The notes: generated by a model from the sequence alone, not told the origin. DNA of 64,000 nt from Pseudomonadota bacterium (GCA_023386885.1 JAEWIX010000064.1:103314-167313); one strand, 5' to 3'. Shown: positions 9,888 to 19,630, numbered from the stretch's first letter. Translations and numbers: made by a program.

Positions 9888-10343
9888 TCACGCTTTCGCC
9901 GTGGCGCCGATCTTGGCCGCGAGGCCGCTGATCGCGAGCCGGTAGCCATCGATGCCGAAACCGCACAAGGTCGCGAACGCCGCCTTGGCGATGAACGAAT
10001 GGTGACGAAAATCCTCGCGAGCATAAATGTTGGTGACGTGGACCTCAACGGTGGGGATTTTCACCGCCGTCAGCGCGTCGTGGAGCGCAATCGAGGTGTG
10101 GGAATAGCCGCCGGCGTTGAGCACGATGCCGGCCGCCTGCTTGGCGTGGGCTTCATGGATGAAGTCAATCAATTCGCCTTCGGAGTTGGATTGCCGGCAA
10201 TCCGCCTGAAGGCCGTAATGGGCGGCGGTCTCGCTGCACAGCCGTTCGACGTCGGCAAGCCGGGCCTGGCCGTAGGTCTCCGGTTCACGGGTCCCGAGCA
10301 GGTTCAGGTTCGGGCCGTTGAGCACGTAAACTGTTCTCGCCAT
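9888..10343 (-). CDS. aroQ: type II 3-dehydroquinate dehydratase
   Basis: 151 aa. '[19 protein letters not shown]' and 'NAGGYSHTS' motifs. Classic aroQ-accB-accC order. Confidence 0.93.
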   Translation of the reverse strand: MARTVYVLNGPNLNLLGTREPETYGQARLADVERLCSETAAHYGLQADCRQSNSEGELIDFIHEAHAKQAAGIVLNAGGYSHTSIALHDALTAVKIPTVEVHVTNIYAREDFRHHSFIAKAAFATLCGFGIDGYRLAISGLAAKIGATAKA

Positions 10344-10530
10344 ACTTGATCCGCGGCAATCCGAAGGCGGCGGGTATGCGCGCCTTTCCCCGGCGTTTAT
10401 AGGTAACCCGAACCGCGAGGGGAAGGGTCAAGCCTCGGCCAATCCACCCAAATGCTTCATTTAGCTAAGGAAAAGCAACTTTTCCCGGTGGAATGAATAG
10501 CTATTCGAAGCGTCCGGTCACGTGGCGGGC

Positions 10531-10568
10531 GGCTGAGTCGGCCCTTGAAGCGGACTCAGCCGTTTTCC
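10531..10568 (+). terminator. stem-loop with a U-tract only on the + strand (orphan terminator-like element)
   Basis: GGCTGAGTC (10531-10539) pairs with GACTCAGCC (10553-10561), with a 13-nt loop, followed by GTTTTCC. On the minus strand the same hairpin is followed by GCCCGCC. Confidence 0.4.
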
Positions 10569-10593
10569 AGGAGAGACGGGACCACCGGACCGG

Positions 10594-11361
10594 TCAGCAG
10601 GACGCCTTGCCGCAGCGGGCCTGGGCGACCTTCTCCTTGAGAGCGTCGAGACCGACCGCACCGACCACGACCTGCTTGCCGACGACATAGCTCGGCGTTC
10701 CGTTCATCCCCATCGATTCCGCGAGCTTGAAGTTCTCCTCAAGGGTGGCACGGACTTCCGGACTGGTCATGTCCTTCTCGATTTTCGCCATGTCGAGGCC
10801 AGCGTCCTTGGCTGCCGCCATCGCGCGCGCCTTGTCAGCCTGGCCGCGGCCGCCGAGCAGCTTCTGGTGAAAGTCGAGATACTTCTTGCCGTCGGGGTCC
10901 TGCATCCGCACCGCGACAGCGACTTGCGCGGCTTCCACCGAGCCCTGTCCGAGCACCGGGAATTCCTTCAGCACCACGCGCAGCTTTGGATCGGCTTTCA
11001 TCAAGGCCAGCATGTCGGCCATCGCATGTTTGCAGTAGCCGCAGTTGTAGTCGAAGAACTCAACCAGATTGACGTCGCCGTTGCGGTTGCCGAGCGTCAC
11101 GCCGCGCGGCGAATTGAAGATAGTTTGCGCGTTGGTCGCGACAGCCGCTGCATGTTTCTCGGCTTCCGCCTTGGCCTGCCGCTTGCCGAGTTCGGCCGAC
11201 ACCTCTTCGAGGATTTCCGGGTGGGTCAGCAGGTAGTTCTTGACGATGCTTTCGATCTCGCCGCGCTGTGGCGCGGTGAACGTCTGCGCGGACGCGGCGA
11301 GCGGCGCGCTACACAAAGCGAGCGCGAGCAGGGTGGAGGCGAGGGGACGGCGGAACGGCAT
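10594..11361 (-). CDS. DsbA-family periplasmic thiol:disulfide oxidoreductase
   Basis: Signal peptide 'MPFRRPLASTLLALALCSAPLAASA'. Thioredoxin-fold active site 'FFDYNCGYCKH'. Confidence 0.85.
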   Translation of the reverse strand: MPFRRPLASTLLALALCSAPLAASAQTFTAPQRGEIESIVKNYLLTHPEILEEVSAELGKRQAKAEAEKHAAAVATNAQTIFNSPRGVTLGNRNGDVNLVEFFDYNCGYCKHAMADMLALMKADPKLRVVLKEFPVLGQGSVEAAQVAVAVRMQDPDGKKYLDFHQKLLGGRGQADKARAMAAAKDAGLDMAKIEKDMTSPEVRATLEENFKLAESMGMNGTPSYVVGKQVVVGAVGLDALKEKVAQARCGKASC

Positions 11362-11401
11362 CGGTTGATCCTTCTGACAAAGATGTCGGAGTAACGAGAA
11401 A

Positions 11402-12850
11402 CTAGTCGCGCTTTTCGCCGGGCATCGGCTTGGCGCTGACGATATCGTCGGCCTTCACCCAACCGGGTGTACCGACGGCGAAACGAGTCTTGGCGCGTGC
11501 GGCAAGTCCACGCGCAGTCTTGGCGTCACCGCGCAGGGACGCCGCCTGCGCCGAGGCGAGATCGGCCTCCGCATATTCACCCTTCTGACCATAGGCCATG
11601 GCGAGCTGCGCGTAGCCTTGCGCGGCCTCGGGCTCCCGGATCAGTGCGGACCGCAGAATCGAGATCGCCTCCGCAGCGTAGGCTTTATTGTTGGTCGCAA
11701 CCAGCGCCTGCCCCAGTAACATCTGGATGAGCGGGGCTTGATGCGACAGTTTCACGGCCTTGCGCAGCGGCGCGATGGCCTCGCCCGGCTTGCCGCCTTC
11801 GAGCAAGGCCTGCCCGCGCAGTTCGTGGAAGTAGGGGTTATTCGGCTGTTCCTTGATCAGGCCCTCGATCTGGGCCTGCGCCGAGCGTGGATCGCCGTGC
11901 AGGTAGGTCGAAATCGCGCGGGCGTAACGCGCCGGAAGGCTGGTATCGGACAGCGGGTAACGCCGATACACCGTATCCGGACGTTCCATGAAACCGGATG
12001 TCTTCGCCCGCATCATGTCGTGACGGGCCTGCAAGGCCGGGGAATCGGTCTTGTTCCAGTACGGACTGCTTTTCGCCAACGCCGCCAGTGCGGCGACGCG
12101 ATCCGCCGGCATCGGATGCGATTGCAGATAAGGATCGGCGCCGCGCGAGGCGAACAGGCTTTCGTCGGTGAAGCGCTGGAAGGTCTCGTACATGCCCTTG
12201 GCCGATTGATGCGTGGCGGTGAGAAACCGCACGCCGGCGCGGTCGGCGTTCTCCTCCTGCTGGCGCTGATAGGAGAGCAAGTTGCGGCGGATCATTTCCT
12301 GCGGCGCGCTGATCGCGGCCATGCCGGCGTTGCTGGCTCCGTTGTTGCGGCCCGCACCCGCCACCATGGCGCCGACGCCAAGCAGCATCGCCACGATCAT
12401 TTGCGTTTGCGCGTGCGCCAACTGGGTGCGCAGCTTGGAGAGATGGCCGCCGGCGAGGTGGCCGGTCTCGTGCGCCAGCACGCCGATCAACTGGTTCGGC
12501 GTCTTCGACTGCATCAAGGCACCGTAATTGACGAAGATGCGCCGGCCGTCGGCGACGAAGGCGTTGAAGCTGCGGTCGTTGATGATCGCGACCTGGATGT
12601 TCTGCTTTTCAAGCCCGGCAGCGCGCAGGATCGGCCGGGTGTAGTCGCGCAGCAACTGCTCGATCTCGGTATCGCGCAGCAGCGCCGGGCCCTTGTTGCT
12701 CCGGCTTTCCTGCGCGTGTGCAACCATCGGCGCGGCGGCCAGCACGATACTCAGCACCACCGCCGTCGCCCTGAGGAAGGCGCGGCCGCGCGTAACGGCG
12801 CGAACGGGCGCTGCGGCGGGTTTCATCATTGGCCGGTGGTCGGAATCCAT
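11402..12850 (-). CDS. M48-family metalloprotease with C-terminal TPR repeats (BepA-like)
   Basis: 'HETGHLAGGH' HExxH zinc motif and a TPR-like C-terminus. Start placed at 'MDSDHRPMMKP' (SD-like AGGG upstream), with a signal-like segment following. The track ORF extends to 13054. Confidence 0.8.
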   Translation of the reverse strand: MDSDHRPMMKPAAAPVRAVTRGRAFLRATAVVLSIVLAAAPMVAHAQESRSNKGPALLRDTEIEQLLRDYTRPILRAAGLEKQNIQVAIINDRSFNAFVADGRRIFVNYGALMQSKTPNQLIGVLAHETGHLAGGHLSKLRTQLAHAQTQMIVAMLLGVGAMVAGAGRNNGASNAGMAAISAPQEMIRRNLLSYQRQQEENADRAGVRFLTATHQSAKGMYETFQRFTDESLFASRGADPYLQSHPMPADRVAALAALAKSSPYWNKTDSPALQARHDMMRAKTSGFMERPDTVYRRYPLSDTSLPARYARAISTYLHGDPRSAQAQIEGLIKEQPNNPYFHELRGQALLEGGKPGEAIAPLRKAVKLSHQAPLIQMLLGQALVATNNKAYAAEAISILRSALIREPEAAQGYAQLAMAYGQKGEYAEADLASAQAASLRGDAKTARGLAARAKTRFAVGTPGWVKADDIVSAKPMPGEKRD

Positions 12851-12935
12851 ATATGCCCTACCAAACCTTGGAATACGGCGAGATGGCGGCACGGAACCCT
12901 TCCGGCGCGCATCCGGCATGCAGGTCAGATAGCAG

Positions 12936-14123
12936 ATGTCAGATACGATGGTAACCGATAGGGCGAAGGCGGTGCTGGCGGCATCCGGCCGCAGCGATGT
13001 TCCGCCGTTCATGGTCATGGATGTGATGGCGGCGGCTGCGGCAATCGAGGCCAAGGGCGGTCATGTCATTCACATGGAGGTCGGGCAGCCTTCGGCCTCC
13101 GCGCCAAAGACGGCGCTTGCCGCCGCCAAAGCCGCACTCGACGGCGGCCGGATCGATTATACCTCGGCGCTCGGCATCCCGTCGCTGCGGGCGAGGATCG
13201 CGCGTCACTATCGCGACACCTACGGCTGCGAGGTCGACCCCGCGCGGATCGTCGTCACCACCGGATCGTCGGGCGGTTTCATTCTTGCGTTTCTGGCGAT
13301 GTTCGAGCCGGGCGATCGTGTCGCGGTCACGGTTCCTGGTTATCCGCCGTACCGGCATATTCTGACCGCGCTCGGCTGCGAGCCGGTGCTGATCGAAACC
13401 CACAGCGATACCCGTCACGCGCTGACCGGCGAGATGCTGCTCGCGGCGCATCGCAAGACGCCGTTGAAAGGCGTGCTGGTCGGCAGTCCTGCGAACCCGA
13501 CCGGGACGATGATGTCGCGCGAGGCATTGACCGGACTGATCGCGGCGGCGGACAGCGCCGGCATCCGCTTCATTTCCGACGAGATCTATCACGGCCTCGA
13601 CTACGCGTTCCCGGCGGTGACCGCCGCTGAACTGTCATCGCAGGCGCTAGTGATCAATTCGTTCTCGAAATACTTCTGCATGACCGGCTGGCGCGTCGGC
13701 TGGATGGTGGTGCCCGAGACGCTGGTGCGGCCGATCGAACGTCTGCAGCAGAACCTGTCAATCTCCGTGCCGACGTTGTCGCAGATCGCGGCCGAAGCGG
13801 CATTCGACGGCCGCGACGAGATGGAAGCCATCAAGCACGGCTACGAACACAATCGCCGCATCCTGATCGACGGCCTGCCGCACGCGGGCTTGAGCGAATT
13901 CCTGCCGGCGGACGGCGCGTTCTATCTCTACGCTGATGTCTCCAAATTCACCGATGACAGTTTCGACTTCGCCAAGCGGATGCTGGAGCACGCGCATGTC
14001 GCCGCGACGCCCGGTGTCGATTTCGATCCGGTCCATGGCCGCCATTTCGTGCGCTTCTGCTACGCGCAGTCGGCGGCCGACATGCACGAAGCGGTCGCGC
14101 GGATCACGCGCTGGCTGAAGTAG
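12936..14123 (+). CDS. class I/II PLP-dependent aminotransferase
   Basis: 395 aa with PLP-lysine motif 'NSFSKYFCMTGWRVGW'. Confidence 0.85.
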   Translation: MSDTMVTDRAKAVLAASGRSDVPPFMVMDVMAAAAAIEAKGGHVIHMEVGQPSASAPKTALAAAKAALDGGRIDYTSALGIPSLRARIARHYRDTYGCEVDPARIVVTTGSSGGFILAFLAMFEPGDRVAVTVPGYPPYRHILTALGCEPVLIETHSDTRHALTGEMLLAAHRKTPLKGVLVGSPANPTGTMMSREALTGLIAAADSAGIRFISDEIYHGLDYAFPAVTAAELSSQALVINSFSKYFCMTGWRVGWMVVPETLVRPIERLQQNLSISVPTLSQIAAEAAFDGRDEMEAIKHGYEHNRRILIDGLPHAGLSEFLPADGAFYLYADVSKFTDDSFDFAKRMLEHAHVAATPGVDFDPVHGRHFVRFCYAQSAADMHEAVARITRWLK

Positions 14124-14161
14124 GCCGGCGACAAAACGAAGCGATATGTAAGACGCAAATG

Positions 14162-14195
14162 AAAACCGCCCGGCTAGCCGGGCGGTTTGTCGTTT
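14162..14195. terminator. bidirectional rho-independent terminator between the aminotransferase gene and rne
   Basis: AAAA-CCGCCCGG-CTAG-CCGGGCGG-TTTGTCGTTT: a perfect 8-bp GC stem flanked by an A-tract and a T-tract, lying between convergent stops at 14123 and 14208. Confidence 0.75.
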
Positions 14196-14207
14196 CGACG
14201 GAACGTC

Positions 14208-17200
14208 TCAGTTGCCGCCGCCGAAGCGGCGCGACCACCAGCCGGCCCGACGTGGCGGCGTGCTGTCGGTTTCCGCAACCGGCTCCGCATCAGCAGTCGT
14301 GGCCGGTTCGTCCAGAACGGGAGCCGGTTGCGAGGCTTCGGTCGCCTGTGGTGCGGCCGGCGCATCGCTCGTTGCGAAGCTGACCTTCTCGCGCACCGTC
14401 GAGCGGCGACGGGTCGACTTCTCGGCGTCCACGGCGGGTTCTGCCGCAACAGGTGCCTCAACCGGCGCGACGGTGTCGGCTTGTGCCGGAGCCTCAACCG
14501 CTACGGCGACCAGCTGATCGTTCTCCGTCTCGTTCGCAGTGCTGGTGACGGGCACCGTATCAACGGAGCCGTCGCCGTCGAAGTCCGCGACGGCCTCGAC
14601 GACCTCAGGCGCGGATGTCGGCGACAATTCGTCGGCAATGGATGCCGCCAGACCTTCGTCGGGTCCGCCACGCCGGCGGCGACCGCCACGGCGGCCACGA
14701 CGGCGCGGGCGGCGTTCGCCGTTGCCTTCGCCTTGATCGTCCTGCGCACCGGCCTCGCGTTCGCCCTCGGCGTCATCGCCGCGGTCGCCGACCATCTCGG
14801 CGACTTGAGCGGCATCGTCCACGTCGAGCGCGGCTACCGGCGCGTCATTATCGTTGTTGGCGCTTCCCTGATCGCGAGAGTCGCGGCCACGCCGCCGACG
14901 CCTGCGCCGCCGCCGCTGACCGTCACCGGCGGAATCGCCTTCGCCGGCATCGCTGCCTTCGCTCGACGTCTGTTCGTCGGTCAGGCCTTCAGTTTCCTCG
15001 GTCTCGACTTCCGCCTCGACATCGAATGCATCATCATCTTCGAAGGCATCGTCCATGATCGCGGGCGCGGTCGCCGCCTGCGCCGCGAGCAGCGCCTTGG
15101 CGGCTTCGAGCGTGTGCACCTGTTCGCCGCGATCGATCACGAACGCCTGCTGACCGCCCAAGGTCGGATCGGCGAGCACCGACAGCGTCACCTTGAAGCT
15201 GGTTTCGAGATCGCGCAGATGCGCGCGCTTGTGATTGAGCACATAAAGCGCGACGTCGTTGCGCGTGCGCACCGTGAGGTTGTGCGTCGCGCCCTTCATC
15301 AGAATTTCCTCGAGATTGCGCAGCACTTGCAGCGCGACCGAGGAGACCGAACGGATATGACCGCTGCCGCCGCAATGCGGGCAGGGCTCGGTCGAGCTTT
15401 CCAGCACGCTGGCGCGAATGCGCTGGCGCGACATTTCAAGCAAACCGAAATGCGAGATGCGGCCGACCTGGATGCGGGCGCGATCCTGCCGCAGGCAGTC
15501 GCTGAGCTTGCGTTCGACGGCGCGGTTGTTGCGGCGCTCGTCCATATCGATGAAGTCGATGACGATGAGGCCGGCGAGATCGCGCAGGCGCAATTGCCGC
15601 GCCACTTCCTCGGCGGCTTCGAGATTGGTCTTGAGCGCGGTGTCCTCGATGTGATGCTCGCGGGTCGAGCGCCCGGAGTTGACGTCGATGGAAACCAGCG
15701 CCTCGGTCTGGTTGATGACCAGATAGCCGCCGGATTTCAACTGCACGGTCGGCGTGAACATCACGTCGAGCTGGCTTTCGACACCCATGCGCGAGAAGAG
15801 CGGCTGGCCGTCACGATACGGCTTCACGGCACGGACGCTGGAGGGCATCAACATCTTCATGAAGTCGCGCGCTTCGCGGTAGCCCGCGTCGCCCGCCACC
15901 TGAATTTCGTCGATCTCCTTGTTGAAGAGATCGCGCAGCGAGCGCTTGATCAGCGAACCTTCCTCGTACACCAGCGTCGGCGCCTGCGAGCGCAGCGTGG
16001 TGTCGCGGACGGTTTCCCACATCCGGATCAGATATTCGAAGTCGCGCTTGATTTCCGGCTTGGTGCGCGCCGCGCCGGCGGTGCGCAGGATGATGCCCAT
16101 GCCTTCCGGCACATCGAGATCCTGCACCACTTCCTTGAGGCGCGAGCGATCCTGCGCCGAGGTGATCTTGCGGCTGATGCCGCCGCCGCGTGCGGTGTTG
16201 GGCATCAACACGGCGTAGCGGCCGGCCAGCGACAGGTAGGTGGTGAGCGCCGCCCCCTTGTTGCCGCGCTCTTCCTTGACGACCTGCACCAGCATCACCT
16301 GCCGACGCTTGATGACTTCCTGAATCTTGTACTGGCGGCGGGGGCGGAAGGTACGCTCCGGCATTTCTTCCAGCGCATCGTCGCCGCCGACCGATTCCAC
16401 GACTTCTTCTTCGGCTTCGTCTTCTTCGCCGTCGTCATCCTCGTCGTCGTTCGCATCGTCATGATCGTGATGCGCGTCGTCGTGATGGATGTCGGCATGA
16501 GGTGCATCGTCGTGATGCTCGGCCTCATCGTGATGCGCCGTCGCATCCTCATGGGACGCGACAACATCGGCGTGCTCGGCGGGAGCAGCATCCTCGGATG
16601 GCGCAACTTCAACATGCGTGTCCGCTCCAAAGATGCTCGGAGCGGGGGGAGTTTCCGGCTGCGCTTCGGATGCAGGGGCAACGTTCGCAGCCGGAGCAGC
16701 CGGAGACTCGAACGACGGGAGCGCCTCGATATTGATCTCGGCTGGCTCTGCGAAATCGGCTCCCACGACAGGCAAAATATCCGACGCAGCTTCGTGATGC
16801 TCGTCGCCGTGGTCGGCGACGGCCGCGACGTGTTCGGTGTTCCCGGACGCGTCGAGCGGGGCTTCACCAGTTTCACCCGCAATCGCGGTCTGGTCCGCAA
16901 TCTGGGCCGGATGCTCGGCGTCGGAAATCTCGATCACCTCGCTCTGCACCCGTTCGCCGCCGGAGCGGCGGCGCGAGTTGCTATGGCGCGAGCGGCGGCG
17001 CGACGAGCGGTGCTCGTTTTCTTCCTCGGCTTCGCGATGGGCGCGCTCGTCGGCCTCGATCAGAGCCTGACGATCGGCGACCGGAATTTGATAATAGTCG
17101 GGATGAATTTCGCTGAAGGCCAGGAAGCCATGGCGGTTGCCGCCATATTCGATGAACGCCGCTTGCAGCGACGGTTCAACCCGGGTGACCTTGGCGAGAT

Positions 17201-17327
17201 AGATGTTTCCGCGAAGTTGCTTGCGTTGTGCAGATTCGAAATCGAATTCTTCAACTCGGTTGCCGCGAACCACGACCACCCGGGTTTCTTCCGGGTGGGT
17301 CGCATCGATCAACATCTTGTTTGGCAT
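14208..17327 (-). CDS. rne: ribonuclease E
   Basis: 'MPNKMLIDATHPEETRVVVVRGNRVEEFDFES', S1 'NIYLAKVTRVEPSLQAAFIEYG', 'KEERGNKGAALTT', Zn-link 'CPHCGGSG', and an Arg-rich / acidic C-terminal half. Start moved to M26 of the track ORF. Confidence 0.93.
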   Translation of the reverse strand: MPNKMLIDATHPEETRVVVVRGNRVEEFDFESAQRKQLRGNIYLAKVTRVEPSLQAAFIEYGGNRHGFLAFSEIHPDYYQIPVADRQALIEADERAHREAEEENEHRSSRRRSRHSNSRRRSGGERVQSEVIEISDAEHPAQIADQTAIAGETGEAPLDASGNTEHVAAVADHGDEHHEAASDILPVVGADFAEPAEINIEALPSFESPAAPAANVAPASEAQPETPPAPSIFGADTHVEVAPSEDAAPAEHADVVASHEDATAHHDEAEHHDDAPHADIHHDDAHHDHDDANDDEDDDGEEDEAEEEVVESVGGDDALEEMPERTFRPRRQYKIQEVIKRRQVMLVQVVKEERGNKGAALTTYLSLAGRYAVLMPNTARGGGISRKITSAQDRSRLKEVVQDLDVPEGMGIILRTAGAARTKPEIKRDFEYLIRMWETVRDTTLRSQAPTLVYEEGSLIKRSLRDLFNKEIDEIQVAGDAGYREARDFMKMLMPSSVRAVKPYRDGQPLFSRMGVESQLDVMFTPTVQLKSGGYLVINQTEALVSIDVNSGRSTREHHIEDTALKTNLEAAEEVARQLRLRDLAGLIVIDFIDMDERRNNRAVERKLSDCLRQDRARIQVGRISHFGLLEMSRQRIRASVLESSTEPCPHCGGSGHIRSVSSVALQVLRNLEEILMKGATHNLTVRTRNDVALYVLNHKRAHLRDLETSFKVTLSVLADPTLGGQQAFVIDRGEQVHTLEAAKALLAAQAATAPAIMDDAFEDDDAFDVEAEVETEETEGLTDEQTSSEGSDAGEGDSAGDGQRRRRRRRRRGRDSRDQGSANNDNDAPVAALDVDDAAQVAEMVGDRGDDAEGEREAGAQDDQGEGNGERRPRRRGRRGGRRRRGGPDEGLAASIADELSPTSAPEVVEAVADFDGDGSVDTVPVTSTANETENDQLVAVAVEAPAQADTVAPVEAPVAAEPAVDAEKSTRRRSTVREKVSFATSDAPAAPQATEASQPAPVLDEPATTADAEPVAETDSTPPRRAGWWSRRFGGGN

Positions 17328-17700
17328 GGGAAAGCTCTTGGCGGCGGAGGACGCGCAAGGCGGCAGGCACAATGGGCGCAGCCGGGGAGCGCGACGGTCC
17401 ACCTGATTCGGGGGTGAGGGGAAGGCCGAAGCGAAAACCGCTGCGCTGTCCCGGAACCGAAGCGAACGTCATGCGCCGCGCGTCGCTCATGCGTCGCGTC
17501 GGCGAAGTCGTCGCAGAAAATTCGGCCGGAGTTACAGTCTGGCGCATCAAGCGTCGGCCCGTCTGAACAGGTTGGCGGCACAATGGGCGCCGCCTTGTTG
17601 GCGTTGACGGACCGACACAACGCCAAGACTAAGGATGGCGCCTGTCAGCTATCGCATATTGCAGTCTTGCGACCGCGATAACCGATCATGTTGTGTCAAA
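17328..17700 (-). promoter_or_regulatory. probable long rne 5' leader (extent unknown)
   Basis: A 722-bp non-coding gap lies upstream of rne, and long autoregulatory leaders are known for rne in other bacteria. A duplicated 13-nt motif occurs at 17367-17379 and 17578-17590. Confidence 0.35.
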
Positions 17701-18049
17701 TACCTGCCCCTGGATAAAGAACGCCGGGACCGGCTCCGCTCGGACTGACCGCCGGACCTGATGGCCGCGCACTGCGCTGACCGTCGGACGAGGCGGCAAA
17801 TGACGCTGGATCCCCCGTGGCCCGATCCGGGTTGTTCGAGGTGGTCCGGCGCTGCTCCGGGAGGTTGAACGCGACACAACCGGGAGTTTATACCGTCAAC
17901 TCTCGTTACATACGTCGATTATCGGCGCCGTGCAAGGGAAGCGTCACGTCCCGGCAACAGCCGGAAAAAATCGGAAACACCGCATTAAGTCTGGATTAAC
18001 CGTGCCGTCCTATTGCGATATCTGAAGCAGCTCGGAGGCTAGGGAAACG

Positions 18050-19351
18050 TTGGCGGGCCGCGCAAATCACTACTTGTCATGCGGCGCCTTTTGGGGCGTC
18101 GCACTGCTCGCGGGCATCGCTCTCACATGCAATGTGACGGCGTCGTTCGCTGCGGGCGATGCAGCCGCGACACAACCTGTGGCTGCGGAGCCGTTCCCGA
18201 TCGCTTCCGACGTTCGCTTGGCGGGCGACAGCAAGCAGACCCGATTCGTGCTCGATCTCGATCGCAAGATCGACCTGCGCGCCTTCGTGCTGGGCAATCC
18301 CGACCGCGTCGTCGTCGACATTCCGCAAGTGACATTCAAACTTCCCGACAATGTCGGCCATAAAGGGCGCGGCCTCATCAAGGCATTTCGCTACGGGCTG
18401 GTGATGCCGGGCGGATCGCGGCTGGTGTTCGATCTTTCGGGACCGGCGAAGATCGAGAAGGCCTATGTGCTGGATGCGGCGAACGGGCAGCCGCCGCGCT
18501 TGATCGTCGAACTGGCGGCAACCGATCGGGCGGCTTTCGTCAAATCCCTGGCCAAAGATGCGGCCGCCGACCAACACCCCGCCACTCCGCCGGCAACCGT
18601 TACGGCGGAAGCCTCCGCTGCGAGTGCCGAACCCGCGGACACCCGGCCCGTCGTGGTGATCGATCCGGGCCATGGCGGCATCGACAACGGAACCCAAGCT
18701 GCGAGTGGTGAGACGGAGAAAGCCATCGTGCTCGCGTTCGGTCTCGCCCTGCGGGATCGAATCGCGGAAAGCGGCAAGTATCGCGTGGTGTTAACCCGCG
18801 ACGACGATACATTCATTCCGCTTGGCGACCGGGTCAAAATCGCGCGCGGGCAGGATGCGGCCCTGTTCGTTTCGATTCACGCCGATGCCCTGCCGCGCCG
18901 CGAAGGCGATGCGCAGGGCGCCACGATCTACACGTTGTCGGATAAGGCGTCCGACGCCGAAGCGGAGCGGCTGGCGGAACTGGAAAACAAGGCGGACGCC
19001 ATCGGTGGCGTCAACCTCACCGAGGAACCGACCGAGGTCGCCGATATCCTGATCGATCTCGCGCAGCGGGAGACGCGAACCTTCTCAAGCCGATTTGCCC
19101 ACACCTTGATGGGTGAAATGAAAAACACGATGCGGATGCACAAGCACCCGCTGAAATCCGCGGGCTTCAAGGTCCTGAAAGCACCCGACGTGCCTTCAGC
19201 CCTGATCGAGCTCGGCTATGTCTCCAACAAGGACGATCTCAAACTGCTGACGTCCGAGAGTTGGCGTTCGCGCTCCGTGGCTGCGGTCGCCCAAGCTATC
19301 GATGCGTTCCTTGCCAAGCGGATCGTTTCGGTCGGCGCCAACAAGAACTAG
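18050..19351 (+). CDS. N-acetylmuramoyl-L-alanine amidase (AmiC-type, AMIN + Amidase_3)
   Basis: 'VVVIDPGHGGIDNGT' and 'SIHADA' Amidase_3 motifs. N-terminal AMIN-like domain ('RFVLDLDRKIDLRAFVLGNPDRVVVDIP'). TTG start as given in the track, uncertain. Confidence 0.85.
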   Translation: MAGRANHYLSCGAFWGVALLAGIALTCNVTASFAAGDAAATQPVAAEPFPIASDVRLAGDSKQTRFVLDLDRKIDLRAFVLGNPDRVVVDIPQVTFKLPDNVGHKGRGLIKAFRYGLVMPGGSRLVFDLSGPAKIEKAYVLDAANGQPPRLIVELAATDRAAFVKSLAKDAAADQHPATPPATVTAEASAASAEPADTRPVVVIDPGHGGIDNGTQAASGETEKAIVLAFGLALRDRIAESGKYRVVLTRDDDTFIPLGDRVKIARGQDAALFVSIHADALPRREGDAQGATIYTLSDKASDAEAERLAELENKADAIGGVNLTEEPTEVADILIDLAQRETRTFSSRFAHTLMGEMKNTMRMHKHPLKSAGFKVLKAPDVPSALIELGYVSNKDDLKLLTSESWRSRSVAAVAQAIDAFLAKRIVSVGANKN

Positions 19352-19630
19352 CGCAAACGTTGGCGCCACCGGCGGAGCGTCACGGAACTGGTTTTCGGCG
19401 TGGGGAGACCACCTCCCAAAAAAACAACCCGCCGACCGGGCCGAGCCCTAGTTTGGACACAGCCTCGGCTCTATAGAAGCCGGATAGGTGCGACAGAATC
19501 GATCAGGGTGACTCTGGTCGATGTCGGGATTGCGGGACCAGCGGCTGCTTTTCCGCGAATTACCCGGCAATTTAGCGCTAAGCGTCCACCGGAATGACCG
19601 GCGGGACAGGGTCGAAACGGATCGTCGAGA

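Noticed and set aside
14187-17417. A 1076-aa plus-strand ORF covering the whole rne locus
   Set aside because: It is exactly antisense to a gene with unmistakable RNase E motifs, and its translation is R/G/A/V-rich with no recognisable domain. Stop-free antisense frames of this kind are expected in high-GC coding DNA. The same reasoning rejects 7984..9339 (antisense to accC), 34984..36315 (tyrS), 43580..44776 (sufS), 50551..52221 (acyl-CoA synthetase), 53900..55474 (metG), 11738..12961, 30265..31521, 31774..33153, 4782..5852 and the many short nested ORFs in the track.
19334-19367. 9-bp stem GGCGCCAAC / GTTGGCGCC spanning the amidase stop codon, considered as a terminator
   Set aside because: No U-tract on either side, and the PBP1A gene follows in the same orientation. 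It could be a weak attenuator, but the sequence alone does not support a call.
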